From positions 1 to 64,000 of the forward strand of contig CAVOFT010000001.1 of NCBI GenBank assembly GCA_963695095.1: DNA of 64,000 nt, in the 5' to 3' direction. Shown piece by piece: positions 9,806-18,977 of this stretch. The notes beneath the pieces are model-generated. The model worked only from the letters and a program-made list of their open reading frames with translations, did no database searches and had not been told where the DNA came from. The DNA is from an uncultured bacterium. Lineage in GTDB: Bacteria > Krumholzibacteriota > Krumholzibacteriia > JACNKJ01. The translations under genes and the position numbers were made by a program. The first letter of the stretch is position 1; every line of letters starts with the position of its first letter.

Positions 9806-10552
9806 GTGGACGAGCGGGTGTTCGACGGTGGATCGGAGAACCACGGAGCGGTGGTGCGAGTCGGCAATACCGTTCGGCGCCCACGTGGTGCCGGCTGCGA
9901 GGTCGTCGAAGCGCTGTTGGAGCACCTCGAGCGGTTGGGATTCGAGGGATCACCACGGTTTCTTGGGATCGATCAGCAGGGCCGCCAGATTCTCGAGTAC
10001 CTCGATGGGTCAGCGCACCGCTCACCGCCGTGGCAACACGACGATGCCGCCAACGCTGTCGAACTCGGCCGGTTGGCGTCGTGGCTGCGCCGCCTGCACG
10101 ATGCCACAGCCGGCTTCGCCCCTCCGGTCGGAGCGCGACCGCGGCGAGCGTTGCCGCTGCTTGGCGACGTGTGGACGCATGGCGATGTTGGCTACTCGAA
10201 CGTGGTGTATCGACACCGGCAGTTGGTCGGGTTGATCGACTGGGAGTTCGCGGCGCCGTCGCATCGCTGCTGTGACCCCGCGGCTCTGCTTGCGGTGTCG
10301 GTTCGCGGGCCGCGCCCCGACGTGAACGACAACAGTCGTCGAGCAGCTGCAACCCGGCTCGCTGCCACTGCGATCGCAGCGGGCTATGGCATGACCGACG
10401 ATGAAGTCCAGGCGCTGCCGGAGATGGCGGCGACGATCCTTGACGACGCACGAGCCTTCCAAGGGGAGTCGATGAGCGATGAAGATCGTCATCGGTCAGC
10501 GTGGCGATCTCGATGGCTACGAGACAACACCGAGTACCTCGTAGGACCCTGA
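9806..10552 (+). CDS. Aminoglycoside phosphotransferase/kinase (APH) family protein
   Basis: VVRVGNTVRRP, THGDVGYSNVVY (Brenner-like), LIDWEFAAP. Confidence 0.88.
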   Translation: MDERVFDGGSENHGAVVRVGNTVRRPRGAGCEVVEALLEHLERLGFEGSPRFLGIDQQGRQILEYLDGSAHRSPPWQHDDAANAVELGRLASWLRRLHDATAGFAPPVGARPRRALPLLGDVWTHGDVGYSNVVYRHRQLVGLIDWEFAAPSHRCCDPAALLAVSVRGPRPDVNDNSRRAAATRLAATAIAAGYGMTDDEVQALPEMAATILDDARAFQGESMSDEDRHRSAWRSRWLRDNTEYLVGP

Positions 10553-10588
10553 GCAACGATCCGCAAGCAGCGATGCTGACGGGCACTC

Positions 10589-10669
10589 GTGAATATGCGG
10601 CGCCGCATCAGGGCCGGAGTGCGGCGACTGTTGACGCCGTGTCGTGATTCTGCGTGACGAAGTGTGCGG
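10589..10669 (+). repeat. Cassette-boundary repeat unit D
   Basis: GTGAATATGCGGCGCCGCATCAGGGCC (10589-10615); TCGTGATTCTGCGTGACGAAGTGTGCGG (10642-10669), identical to unit E. Confidence 0.85.
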
Positions 10670-10690
10670 TCGGTCGTACAGTCGCTTCCA

Positions 10691-11080
10691 ATGTCTCAGG
10701 CTGCGAGTCCCGACCAGGAACAGCGAGAGAGGCAGGTGCGCCTGATGATCATCATCGGGCTCGCGGCGGTAGTCGTGCTCGGTGGTCTGGCTGTGTCGAT
10801 CATCGGGAGTCGCCAGGTCAGCGACAAGGCCGACGATCTGCGTCAAGCTGCGAGTACCGCCATCGTCAATCCAGACCTCATTGCGATCACTGCGTACGCG
10901 ACGGACTCCGATCCGGTGTCGGAAGCACTGGGCTCCGATCGGGTCATCTCTCTTCAACAGCAGACAAGCGGACGCTGGTGCGTCGAGACTGGGGTCTCAG
11001 CCTTGCTCAGTTCGGAGACCGTGTTCTTCGTGATCGACGACGACGGCCGTTTCATCGAGACGCCCGACTGTCACCGGTAG
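10691..11080 (+). CDS. Hypothetical single-pass membrane protein
   Basis: TM segment LMIIIGLAAVVVLGGLAVSIIG; two Cys in the external domain; TACAGT 8 nt before the ATG. Confidence 0.7.
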   Translation: MSQAASPDQEQRERQVRLMIIIGLAAVVVLGGLAVSIIGSRQVSDKADDLRQAASTAIVNPDLIAITAYATDSDPVSEALGSDRVISLQQQTSGRWCVETGVSALLSSETVFFVIDDDGRFIETPDCHR

Positions 11081-11089
11081 CTGTTCGCA

Positions 11090-11176
11090 GTGAACAAAGT
11101 GTGACGTCACGCTTGGGCCGCGATGCGGCGGCGACCGCTGGCTCCAGATCGTGATTCTGCGTGACGAAGTGTGCGG
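11090..11176 (+). repeat. Cassette-boundary repeat unit E
   Basis: GTGAACAAAGTGTGACGTCACGCTTGGGCCGCGATGCGGC; TCGTGATTCTGCGTGACGAAGTGTGCGG (11149-11176). Confidence 0.85.
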
Positions 11177-11252
11177 CCGCCGTGCAGATCCGCCCGCTAC
11201 CTCAGGTTGTGGCGCCGGGCCGAAGTTGCGGCACGAAGATTGTCCGGTTCGC

Positions 11253-11280
11253 TGCAACCGAAATGTGTCTTGCTGCGTGT
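11253..11280 (+). promoter_or_regulatory. ECF-type promoter (TGCAACC...CGTGT)
   Basis: AAC-containing -35 and CGT-containing -10 at ~16 nt spacing directly upstream of an ECF sigma gene. Confidence 0.55.
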
Positions 11281-11288
11281 GTGATGGT

Positions 11289-11828
11289 GTGGTCTCGGAG
11301 GTTGTATTGAGTTCCAGGGTCGAGAATGAGGAAGACGATCGACTCGGGCTGGACGCGATCGTTGAGGCGGAGTACACGTCGATGCTGGCGATCGGGGTGG
11401 CATTGCTGCGTGATCCCGACGACGCCGCCGAGTTGGCCCAAGAGACGATGCTTCGCCTTCGGGAGCACTGGGCGGAGGTCGCCGACTTCGATCGCCCCGG
11501 GGCATGGTGCCGGCGTGTTGCGTTGAACCTCGCGACTGACATGTTGCGTGACCGGCAACGGCGGCGGCGTCTGGCCGATCGCCTCGCCGTGGCGGCCGCC
11601 GCAGATCCCAGCAACTCGTCGACCCAGCGGTATTGGGACGAGCGGTTCTGGGCCCATGTGGCCAACTTGTCAGAGCGGCCACGTAACGCCGTGGTGCTGC
11701 ACTACGTGCACGACCTGTCAGTCGTGGAGATCGCTGACACCCTGGACGCGCCGGTCGGCACGATCAAGTCAGACCTGTCGCGGGCCCGAACGCAGTTGCG
11801 GTCGATGATGGAACAGGAGACGCCGTGA
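11289..11828 (+). CDS. ECF RNA polymerase sigma factor (SigE-like)
   Basis: AAELAQETMLR, GAWCRRVALNLATD (region 2); DLSVVEIADTLDAPVGTIKSDLSRAR (region 4). Start uncertain. Confidence 0.9.
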   Translation: MVSEVVLSSRVENEEDDRLGLDAIVEAEYTSMLAIGVALLRDPDDAAELAQETMLRLREHWAEVADFDRPGAWCRRVALNLATDMLRDRQRRRRLADRLAVAAAADPSNSSTQRYWDERFWAHVANLSERPRNAVVLHYVHDLSVVEIADTLDAPVGTIKSDLSRARTQLRSMMEQETP

Positions 11829-13334
11829 CCGACGAATTCGAACAACGCGCACGCGCTGCCGGGCGACGCGTCAACGACCAAGCAGCCGCACTCGCCGACC
11901 ACAGCCGCGACCGGCATCCGGCATCGGTGACGTCGGCACGGTCGCGTTGGTTGGCTCTCGCAGCTGCGTTGCTGGTGGTGGCCGGAACAGCGTCGCTCGT
12001 GCTTGTGGCCTCCAACCGCGATGCGCAAGCTCCGGCAAACACCGCATCGACGACCAACACCAGCCCACCGCCAAATGCCAGCACCTCGACTCCCGAGAGC
12101 ACCACGGCGCTGGCGGACACCACAACGACGATCGCGCCCTCACCGGGGGCGGTGCCCGAGGACTTGCCGCTCGTGGCGTTCGAGGAAAGCGCCTGCCAGG
12201 CCCAGAGCATCGAATGGACGGAACCTGACGGACCATTCATCTGGAAGGCGTTCGCTCGCGGTATCGCCGAGGGTTCACCAGTTCAAGTGATCGCGGATCC
12301 GTCCGAGGGCGCGGCCGGACCGTTCGCCGTTGTTCTGCGCGACTACGCACCCACCCGCACCGCCGGCACCGCAGACGGCCACAGAAATCGACGGGAATCA
12401 GGTTTTCGTGAGCGTCTACGATGCACTGGACGGTTCCGGTGACATCGGCAACGGCGAGGCCGTCTGGAACCTGCCTGATGGATCGCAGGGCTACCTCCGT
12501 TCCCGCGGCCTGGACCGCGCCGACATCGAATCGATCGTCGCCAACCTCCGCCCACGGCCATCCGATCATCCGATTGCCGGCTTCGACTACGACACGAGCG
12601 AAACGCAGCCCGCACGGCTCGCCCTCGTCGCCGAGGAGACCACCGACACCCTGTCGTCATCGCGTTACTCGATCACCTGTCGCGCCACGAACGGCCTCGA
12701 CGTCCGCGTCGCAGTCATCGCCGACCAAGGCGTCGCTCCCTACGCCCTCGCGATCGACCGGCATCGTCCCGCGTGGATTGTTCGAGCCGACGGGGCCGTC
12801 TACATCGGCGGAATCGAAGCCCGCAACGCCCACGGCTCCCCGGACCCGCCAGCAGACGCGCTCACCACAATTTCTCCCGAACGATGGCAGCAACTCCGAC
12901 AGCAACCGGATTCGGGACCCCACACTCAAGCTGGCGGCGAAACGACGGCATCCTCGCAACCTGCTGACGCATCCGTTTCCCCACCACCGCCTCGAACATT
13001 CATCGACGAGCAAGGCCTGCGATGTGTGGAGTACGAAACGTCGACGGCGAACAGAGCGGCCAGCGGCGTCTGCTTCGACGACTCACACGACGACTTGGGT
13101 ATCCGGACGGTGGAAGCCGGGGATCACTATCCGAAGGCGACGATCATCGGTGGAACCGACAACGCCGATGCGGTTCGCGTCGTCATCGCGAGCGTCAGCA
13201 ACGAACAAGCTGTCAGCTTGACCGTCGTGGAGGGATGGCCGGAGCGGATCTTCGCCGTAGACCTTCCCGCCGGTGACGTCGAAATTCGACTGGAAGCCGC
13301 CGATGGACGTGTCTTGTCATCGACCTGGGCGTAG
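11825..13334 (+). CDS. Putative anti-sigma membrane protein with large extracytoplasmic domain (frameshift near 12370)
   Basis: GTGA overlap with the sigma gene; TM WLALAAALLVVAGTASLVLV; T/P-rich linker; continues in ORF 12330..13334. Confidence 0.65.
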
Positions 13335-13389
13335 CACCGGCAGGACGTCATTTCCTGAAGAGACTTCATCCCCCAAGGACTGCACCAAC

Positions 13390-13504
13390 GTGAAAGTGCC
13401 GTGCTCGGCTTGGTTGCACCGGTGAAAGTGCAGCGCCCGGCTTGGGCCTGTGCAGTGCACCCTGCCCGATCTGGATCGGATTATCGTGTGCGACTTCTGA
13501 GCGG
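13390..13504 (+). repeat. Cassette-boundary repeat unit F (two copies of motif 1 plus motif 2)
   Basis: GTGAAAGTGCCGTGCTCGGCTTGGTTG (13390-13416); GTGAAAGTGCAGCGCCCGGCTTGGGCC (13422-13448); GATTATCGTGTGCGACTTCTGAGCGG from 13479. Confidence 0.75.
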
Positions 13505-13584
13505 TTCTTCCAGCCTCGCTTGACGTCGTGCCCGCAGTGCCGGAGGTGTCGCCGCGGTGATCACTCATTCGTGCGATATGGCCT

Positions 13585-14031
13585 CTACGGGTTCGTGAAC
13601 GTGGTGCAGGCGAGCACGGATCCCCCGACGAGCTTCGAGCAGAGTTCGTAGCTGCCAGCCGCAATGTCGCCGAGGTCGAACGTGCCTGTCGCACCCGAAA
13701 GCTCACCCATCGGGACGGCCACCTCCGTCTCCTCGTCGGAATACGGAAAGAACTGTCCGATTGCCCCGTCGTCATTTGCCGTGACGAACATGCCGACTGG
13801 CTCTGCGACGCCGACCGGGGCAAGCGTTGCCATCATCGACCGAGTTTCGTCGATGGACGAGTAGTCGACGACGAGTAATCCGTCGATCATCTCCGATGGA
13901 ACCTCCAATGCTGGCGATCCACCGGCATCGGTTGTCGAAGGCAACGCCTCCCCTTGGCCACCGTCTCCAGAACCGCATGCCGCAGTAAGGAGCAGAGCGA
14001 CCATCAGGGCTGTGATTCTCCCAATACCCAA
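13585..14031 (-). CDS. Hypothetical lipoprotein
   Basis: Lipobox LTAAC after a hydrophobic signal; C-terminal Ig-like strand with two Cys. Confidence 0.7.
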   Translation of the reverse strand: MGIGRITALMVALLLTAACGSGDGGQGEALPSTTDAGGSPALEVPSEMIDGLLVVDYSSIDETRSMMATLAPVGVAEPVGMFVTANDDGAIGQFFPYSDEETEVAVPMGELSGATGTFDLGDIAAGSYELCSKLVGGSVLACTTFTNP

Positions 14032-14288
14032 CGGACGGTAGCCGCAGAGACTTCGCCTTCGCCGTCGGCTGCGCTACACCTACGGCTCCGAGGGCGGCGG
14101 CTACCCGGAGTGGACTCTGTACAGCGAAGTGCGATTGTTGATCGATCGACGCAACGTCGAGTACCAGAGACAGGAACTCAGACCGGCGCCGGGTGCGGCG
14201 CCAAGCGATGCGGCCGTGGTCGCCAGCACCACATCGTGGCTCGGCGATGTCTGACCTTGCCGACGGCCGAGCGGGTACAGTTTGCGAG

Positions 14289-14474
14289 ATGGACGTCGAT
14301 CGGATTTGGTCAGCCGCTGAACTCGAGGCGCTGACCCCCGACGAACGCGCTGCGACGATCCGAGCCGGATTCGTTACTGACGCCGACGACGTCCCGGCCG
14401 CGCTCGTCGACCGGGCCCGGCAGAAGGTTGATGCTCGCATCGCCGCCACCGAGGGTCGCCACACCCGCCAGTGA
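14289..14474 (+). CDS. Small protein, putative antitoxin
   Basis: 61 aa, leaderless (TACAGT 7 nt upstream), GTGA overlap with the next gene. Confidence 0.6.
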   Translation: MDVDRIWSAAELEALTPDERAATIRAGFVTDADDVPAALVDRARQKVDARIAATEGRHTRQ

Positions 14475-14779
14475 CCCGGCGCACGGTTCGCGTCGACCAG
14501 CAGTTCTTCACCGAACTCGACGCTCAGCTCGGCGAGACACGCGGACCCAACGGAGAGCCGTCAGCGAGCGACTTCTTGTTGATCGAACTTCCGACGATCG
14601 CCGAAACGTTCGGCGAACGCTTCGACGAGCTGCTCCGGCTCTACCCCGAGCGAGACGACTACCGGTACCTCGTCGCCGGAGGCCGCCTCGTCTACGCAGT
14701 CGTCGTCGTCGGACAACTGATCAACGAAGACACGATCTCGCTGTTCGGCATCGAGATCGACCTGCACGGACCTCGATAG
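14471..14779 (+). CDS. Small protein, possibly RelE/ParE-fold toxin
   Basis: 102 aa; N-terminal RTVRVDQQFFTELD and C-terminal YRYLV..RLVY beta-rich pattern. Confidence 0.5.
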   Translation: MTRRTVRVDQQFFTELDAQLGETRGPNGEPSASDFLLIELPTIAETFGERFDELLRLYPERDDYRYLVAGGRLVYAVVVVGQLINEDTISLFGIEIDLHGPR

Positions 14780-14902
14780 CCGCCCGATAATCACCTGCCG
14801 GAACTCGTCCTGAGGCGCCACAGATGCCGGCGAAGTGTTGGACCTCCGGCCCGATCGGGCCACCGCATAATCACTGGTTTGCGGGTGCGAGCTGGCGTGC
14901 TC

Positions 14903-16961
14903 TCAGAAGTCGATTTCGATTCCGATCGACGACCGGGTCGGTGTCGACAGCGTCGGCGGTTGGAGTTCGAGTCCTCGTCGCTGCGCCCACTGGGTGAGCG
15001 GTGCGGCCAGCTGGCTGATGCCCGGTCGGTCGTCGTGGTCAGCGAACGCGGCGGCGATCTCGACCAGCGCAGTGTTGTCGAGGTTGCGGCCGTTGGCCCA
15101 GTGCTTCCATTGGTCGAGGGCCCGGCAGAGGCGCCCGGCGTCTCGGGCAACGCCTTCGAGGTCGTTGAATTGGTCGAACATCCGCCGGGTCGAGTCCATG
15201 CGGCGGTGATCGTCGATGACGTTGTGGAGCTCGTTGACCCGGCGCCGTGTCGGTGCCGCGAGCTCCTCGGCCCGGTTGAGTCGATCCGTCGCGACAGCGA
15301 GGACGTCGCCGGCAGTCTCGACGTCGCGGCGAGCCGATCGGCGATGTACTCGACCGGCACGCCGCAGTTCATCTTGGGCCTTGCGCAACTCCGACTGTGC
15401 TTGGTTCACGATGCGTTCGGCGGTGGCGACCTGCTCGGCGAACGGCGCGTGTGCCTCCTGGGCCGTCGGCAGCTCCTGACGGGCCAACGCAACTCGTTCT
15501 CGGGCGGCGACGCGCTCGGTGTTGCGTTCGTCGAGCCGTTGCTGTGCGATGCGCCGACCTTCTTCGGCCTCGTCGCGAATCTGGTCGAACCAGTCAGGTA
15601 TCCGGACCCGCCGCTGCGGCACGCTGGCGGGGACGGTCGCTGCCAGGTTGCGGCGTTGGGCCGTGGCGGGGATGTCGGCGCGGTCGGAGAACAGGACTGC
15701 TTCGAGCACGGCTCGTGCTTCGGCGAGGTCGTGGGTGTTGGTGACGACCAGGGCGAGGTTCTCGCGTTGACCGCGGGTCATTGCCATGTACAGGCCGCGT
15801 CTCGTCGTCGCGTTGGTTGCAAGGGTGAGGCTCCGTTCCGAGGTGTCGCCTTGTGCGCCGGGTTCAGTGGTGGCGTAGGCGAGTTGCAGTGTGCTGGCAG
15901 ACGTAGTCACGCGGCAGGGTGATCGTGCCGTGTCCGTCGAGTCGGGTCACGGTCACATCGCCCTCCTCAACGGTGTCGGTGGCGGTGACGGTCCAGCGTT
16001 CACGATTCCGCATCGGCTCCCCCACCGAGGTGCGCAGACGGCGTTCGTTGCGGCACGCGTCGCCACCACGTCACCAACCATCACCCACGCATCGTCGACC
16101 TGGGCGAGCGTCGCTGCGTCGAGTTCGCCGGTGTCGAGTCGGCGTTGCTGGATGTGGTCGTTGATCACGTTGACGTGTTCGGTGCGGGTCGTGATGATCG
16201 ACAACGACTCCCCCTCGCTCCGGCACTGCTGCCAGAGGTCGCCGATCGTGTCGAGATGCTCGGCGAACGTGCCCGCCCGGATCCGGCCGTGCGCTGCGTA
16301 GGTGTCGAGTGCGGACGGGTTCCCGCGTCGCAACTCCAGCGACGCAGCCGCTTCCCACCGGTTGCTGAACCGGTGGAGATGCTCCAGCTCGACGGTCCGG
16401 CCGGTGTCGCACAACTCGAGGAACATGCCGCCCCGCCCCACCGCTTGGAGCTGGTGTGGATCACCGATCAGGGCGAGTCGCCACTGACGTTGTTCGGCGT
16501 GGGTGACGAGGCGCGAGAGATCGGAGGTGTTCAACATGCCGGCCTCGTCGACGATCACCGTCATACCCGGCCCTGCATCCCAGAAGGAGTCGTTGCTGTC
16601 TGGTCGATCGAGTTCGTAGAGGAGCTTGGCAACCGTGTCCGCGACCATGCCGGTCTCGGTTTGCAGGACACGGGCCGCCTTCGCCGTGGGTGCCAACCCC
16701 ATCACCGGCCGCTGCTGTCGGTGGAGGTCGGACACGGCGGCTTGCAGCATGCGGGTCTTGCCCGCCCCCGCCGGCCCCACCACCAACACCAACCGATCGT
16801 GTCCGGCAACCGCGGCCGCGGACGTGTACTGGCCGTCATCCAACGCGACATCGGTGATCGTGGTCGATGGTGTCGGGTTGTTGGCTTGGGCGTCGAGCGC
16901 CCAGGTGAGGATGTGTTCTTCTTGGGTGAGGATGTGCTCGCTCGTGGCCTGGTTCGTGACC
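14903..16961 (-). CDS. MobF/TrwC-like conjugative relaxase-helicase, C-terminal part (5' truncated at the junction; frameshifts near 16055 and 15915)
   Basis: TSEHILTQEE, Walker A GPAGAGKT, IVDEAGML, LIGDPHQLQAV, LAYATT..AQG.T, GLYMAMTRG, then a coiled-coil tail ending SIGIEIDF. Confidence 0.82.
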
Positions 16962-18929
16962 CAGGCGCGCAAGGCCATCCGCATCGACTGGCTCGAGGAC
17001 CTCGTCGCCCTCACCACCCAGGACGGCTGGCTGCAGATCGTCGCTGCCGGCGACCCGGCCGCGCCGATCGCCGCCGCGAGCCTGGTCGGCTTCGGCACGG
17101 CGGCGGATCCCCTGCTCCAGCGCCGCGGCAGCGATCGCTACTGCTTCGTCGCCGGCAGCACCGGCCTCAAGTGCCTGGACCTGGCCGATCCCGCGGCGCC
17201 CGTCCTGCGCGGCACGCTTAACAGCATGACCGGCAGCCCCCGCGGCCTGGCCGCTCGTGGCGACACGCTCTTCGTGCTGGCCGCCGGCTACGGCGTCCAT
17301 GCCGTGGCCACGGGCAACGTGAACGCGCTGGCCCTGCTCGACAGTGAGCCGCTCGCCGCCTCCCAGCTCCTCGACATCGCCGTCGACGGCCCGCGCCTGG
17401 CAGTGGCCGCGCAGGCGAGCGGCGTCTTCCTGCTCGACGCCGCCGACGCCGGCAACCCCGTTCCCGTCACCCAGCTCCTCGTCGATCTGGGCGGGGGCCC
17501 CCTCGCCGTCAAGGGCGTGCGCATCGCGGGCAGCCTGCTCTTCTGCGCCGTGGACGAGACGGGGCTCGTCGTCTACGACATCGACAATCTCGCCTCGCCC
17601 CAGCTCCTGGGCACGGATGGCGGCGACTGGTACAGCTTCGAGGGCCTCGCCCTGGACGGCGATCGCGCCTACCTCAACACCTGGGACGGCTCCTTCGCCG
17701 GCGTGCAGATCTTCGACCTGGGGACGCCGGCGGCTCCGCCGTGGCTGGGATCGACCCCCGCCTTCGACTACTGCCGCAATGTCGATGTCCGCAGCGATCC
17801 GATCGAGGGCACCTTGGTCTTCACCGCCACCGGGCACCAGGGCGTCTTCGCCCACGAGCTGATCGGCGAGGATCTCGTCCAGCGCGGCCAGCTGCCCGTG
17901 CTCAACACCTGGGCGGTCGCGGCCCGCGGCAGCGCGGTCTACATCGCGGCGGCCAATCGCGGCCTCGTCATCGGCGACTTCAGCGATCTGGACGCGCCGG
18001 TGGAGCTGGGCAGCCTCAATCTCGGCCTCTGCCGCGATGTCAAGCTGAGCGGGAACGTGGCCTTCGTCGGCGTCTACGGGCTCGGCCTGGCTGCCGTCGA
18101 CATCAGCGACCCGACCCAGCCGCAGTTGCTCGATCAGGTCAGCGGCGGCTATCAGACCGTGGGCCTGGCGATCAACGGTTCGGTGGTGGCCACCGCCGAC
18201 CGCGCCGCCGGCGTCAATCTGTGGGACGTCGGCGATCCCACGGACATTCGCTTCCTGGGCACGGTCGGCACGGGCGGCAGCAATGCCACCGACGTGGCCT
18301 TTCGCCTGGGCGACAACCTGCTCTACGCTGCCGCCGGCTCCTTGCGGGTGATCGACATCAGCAACCTCCTGGCCCCCTTCGAGCTGGCCAGTGTCAGCGC
18401 CGCGGTGCAGGGCCTGGAGCTCGGGCCCGACGGCTTCCTCTACGTCGCCCGCAACGGCGCGGGCGTGAGCGCCTTCGATCTGAGCAATCCCGCCCTGCCC
18501 GCCCTGGTCGCGAACTACGACACCGCGGACAATGCGCTGGCCGTGGCGACGGCGCCGGGCCTGGCCTTCGTCGCCGACAATTCGGCCCTGATCGCCTTCC
18601 GCACGGGCGACGCCACGGCAGCGCCGGCGACGCCGCTGCCGGCGGCTCTCGCCCTGGCTGCCTATCCGAATCCCTTCAATCCGCGCACGGAGCTGGCCTT
18701 CAGCCTGCCCGGCGCGGGGGACCTGCGCGTGGAGGTCTTCGATCTCGGTGGCCGCCGCGTCGCCCGGATTGCCGCCGGCCCGCAAGCGGCCGGCGAGCAG
18801 CGCCTGCGCTGGGACGGCAAGGACGATGCAGGCCGCGCCCTGCCCAGCGGCGTCTACCTGGCGCGCATCGAGTTCACGGGCGCTGCGGCCAGCGCCACCG
18901 GCACGAGCAAGTTGGTTCTCATTCGCTGA
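16962..18929 (+). CDS. LVIVD-repeat exoprotein with FlgD Ig-like C-terminal domain (5' truncated)
   Basis: Repeated GL.vvD.SdP..P.l units; YPNPFNPRT...WDGKDDAGRALPSGVY...KLVLIR. Confidence 0.85.
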   Translation, partial: QARKAIRIDWLEDLVALTTQDGWLQIVAAGDPAAPIAAASLVGFGTAADPLLQRRGSDRYCFVAGSTGLKCLDLADPAAPVLRGTLNSMTGSPRGLAARGDTLFVLAAGYGVHAVATGNVNALALLDSEPLAASQLLDIAVDGPRLAVAAQASGVFLLDAADAGNPVPVTQLLVDLGGGPLAVKGVRIAGSLLFCAVDETGLVVYDIDNLASPQLLGTDGGDWYSFEGLALDGDRAYLNTWDGSFAGVQIFDLGTPAAPPWLGSTPAFDYCRNVDVRSDPIEGTLVFTATGHQGVFAHELIGEDLVQRGQLPVLNTWAVAARGSAVYIAAANRGLVIGDFSDLDAPVELGSLNLGLCRDVKLSGNVAFVGVYGLGLAAVDISDPTQPQLLDQVSGGYQTVGLAINGSVVATADRAAGVNLWDVGDPTDIRFLGTVGTGGSNATDVAFRLGDNLLYAAAGSLRVIDISNLLAPFELASVSAAVQGLELGPDGFLYVARNGAGVSAFDLSNPALPALVANYDTADNALAVATAPGLAFVADNSALIAFRTGDATAAPATPLPAALALAAYPNPFNPRTELAFSLPGAGDLRVEVFDLGGRRVARIAAGPQAAGEQRLRWDGKDDAGRALPSGVYLARIEFTGAAASATGTSKLVLIR

Positions 18930-18977
18930 GCAAAGAAACCGTTCGAGAGAAACTCCTCGGGAGAGAGGTAAGACACC

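Larger units (their letters stand above)
6556..16961. mobile_element. Putative integrative mobilisable element / genomic island (partial)
   Basis: att-like tRNA fragment with arm-like repeats on the left, accessory cargo, TA-like pair and relaxase-helicase on the right; no integrase in view. Confidence 0.5.

Noticed and set aside
6800..13504. CRISPR array or classical integron attC array
   Set aside because: The repeats are degenerate and separated by whole genes; there are no cas or intI genes and no RYYYAAC/GTTRRRY ends.
16626..18929. 767-aa ORF read as one protein
   Set aside because: Its first ~110 residues are the antisense of the relaxase-helicase; the ORF is open across the junction by chance.
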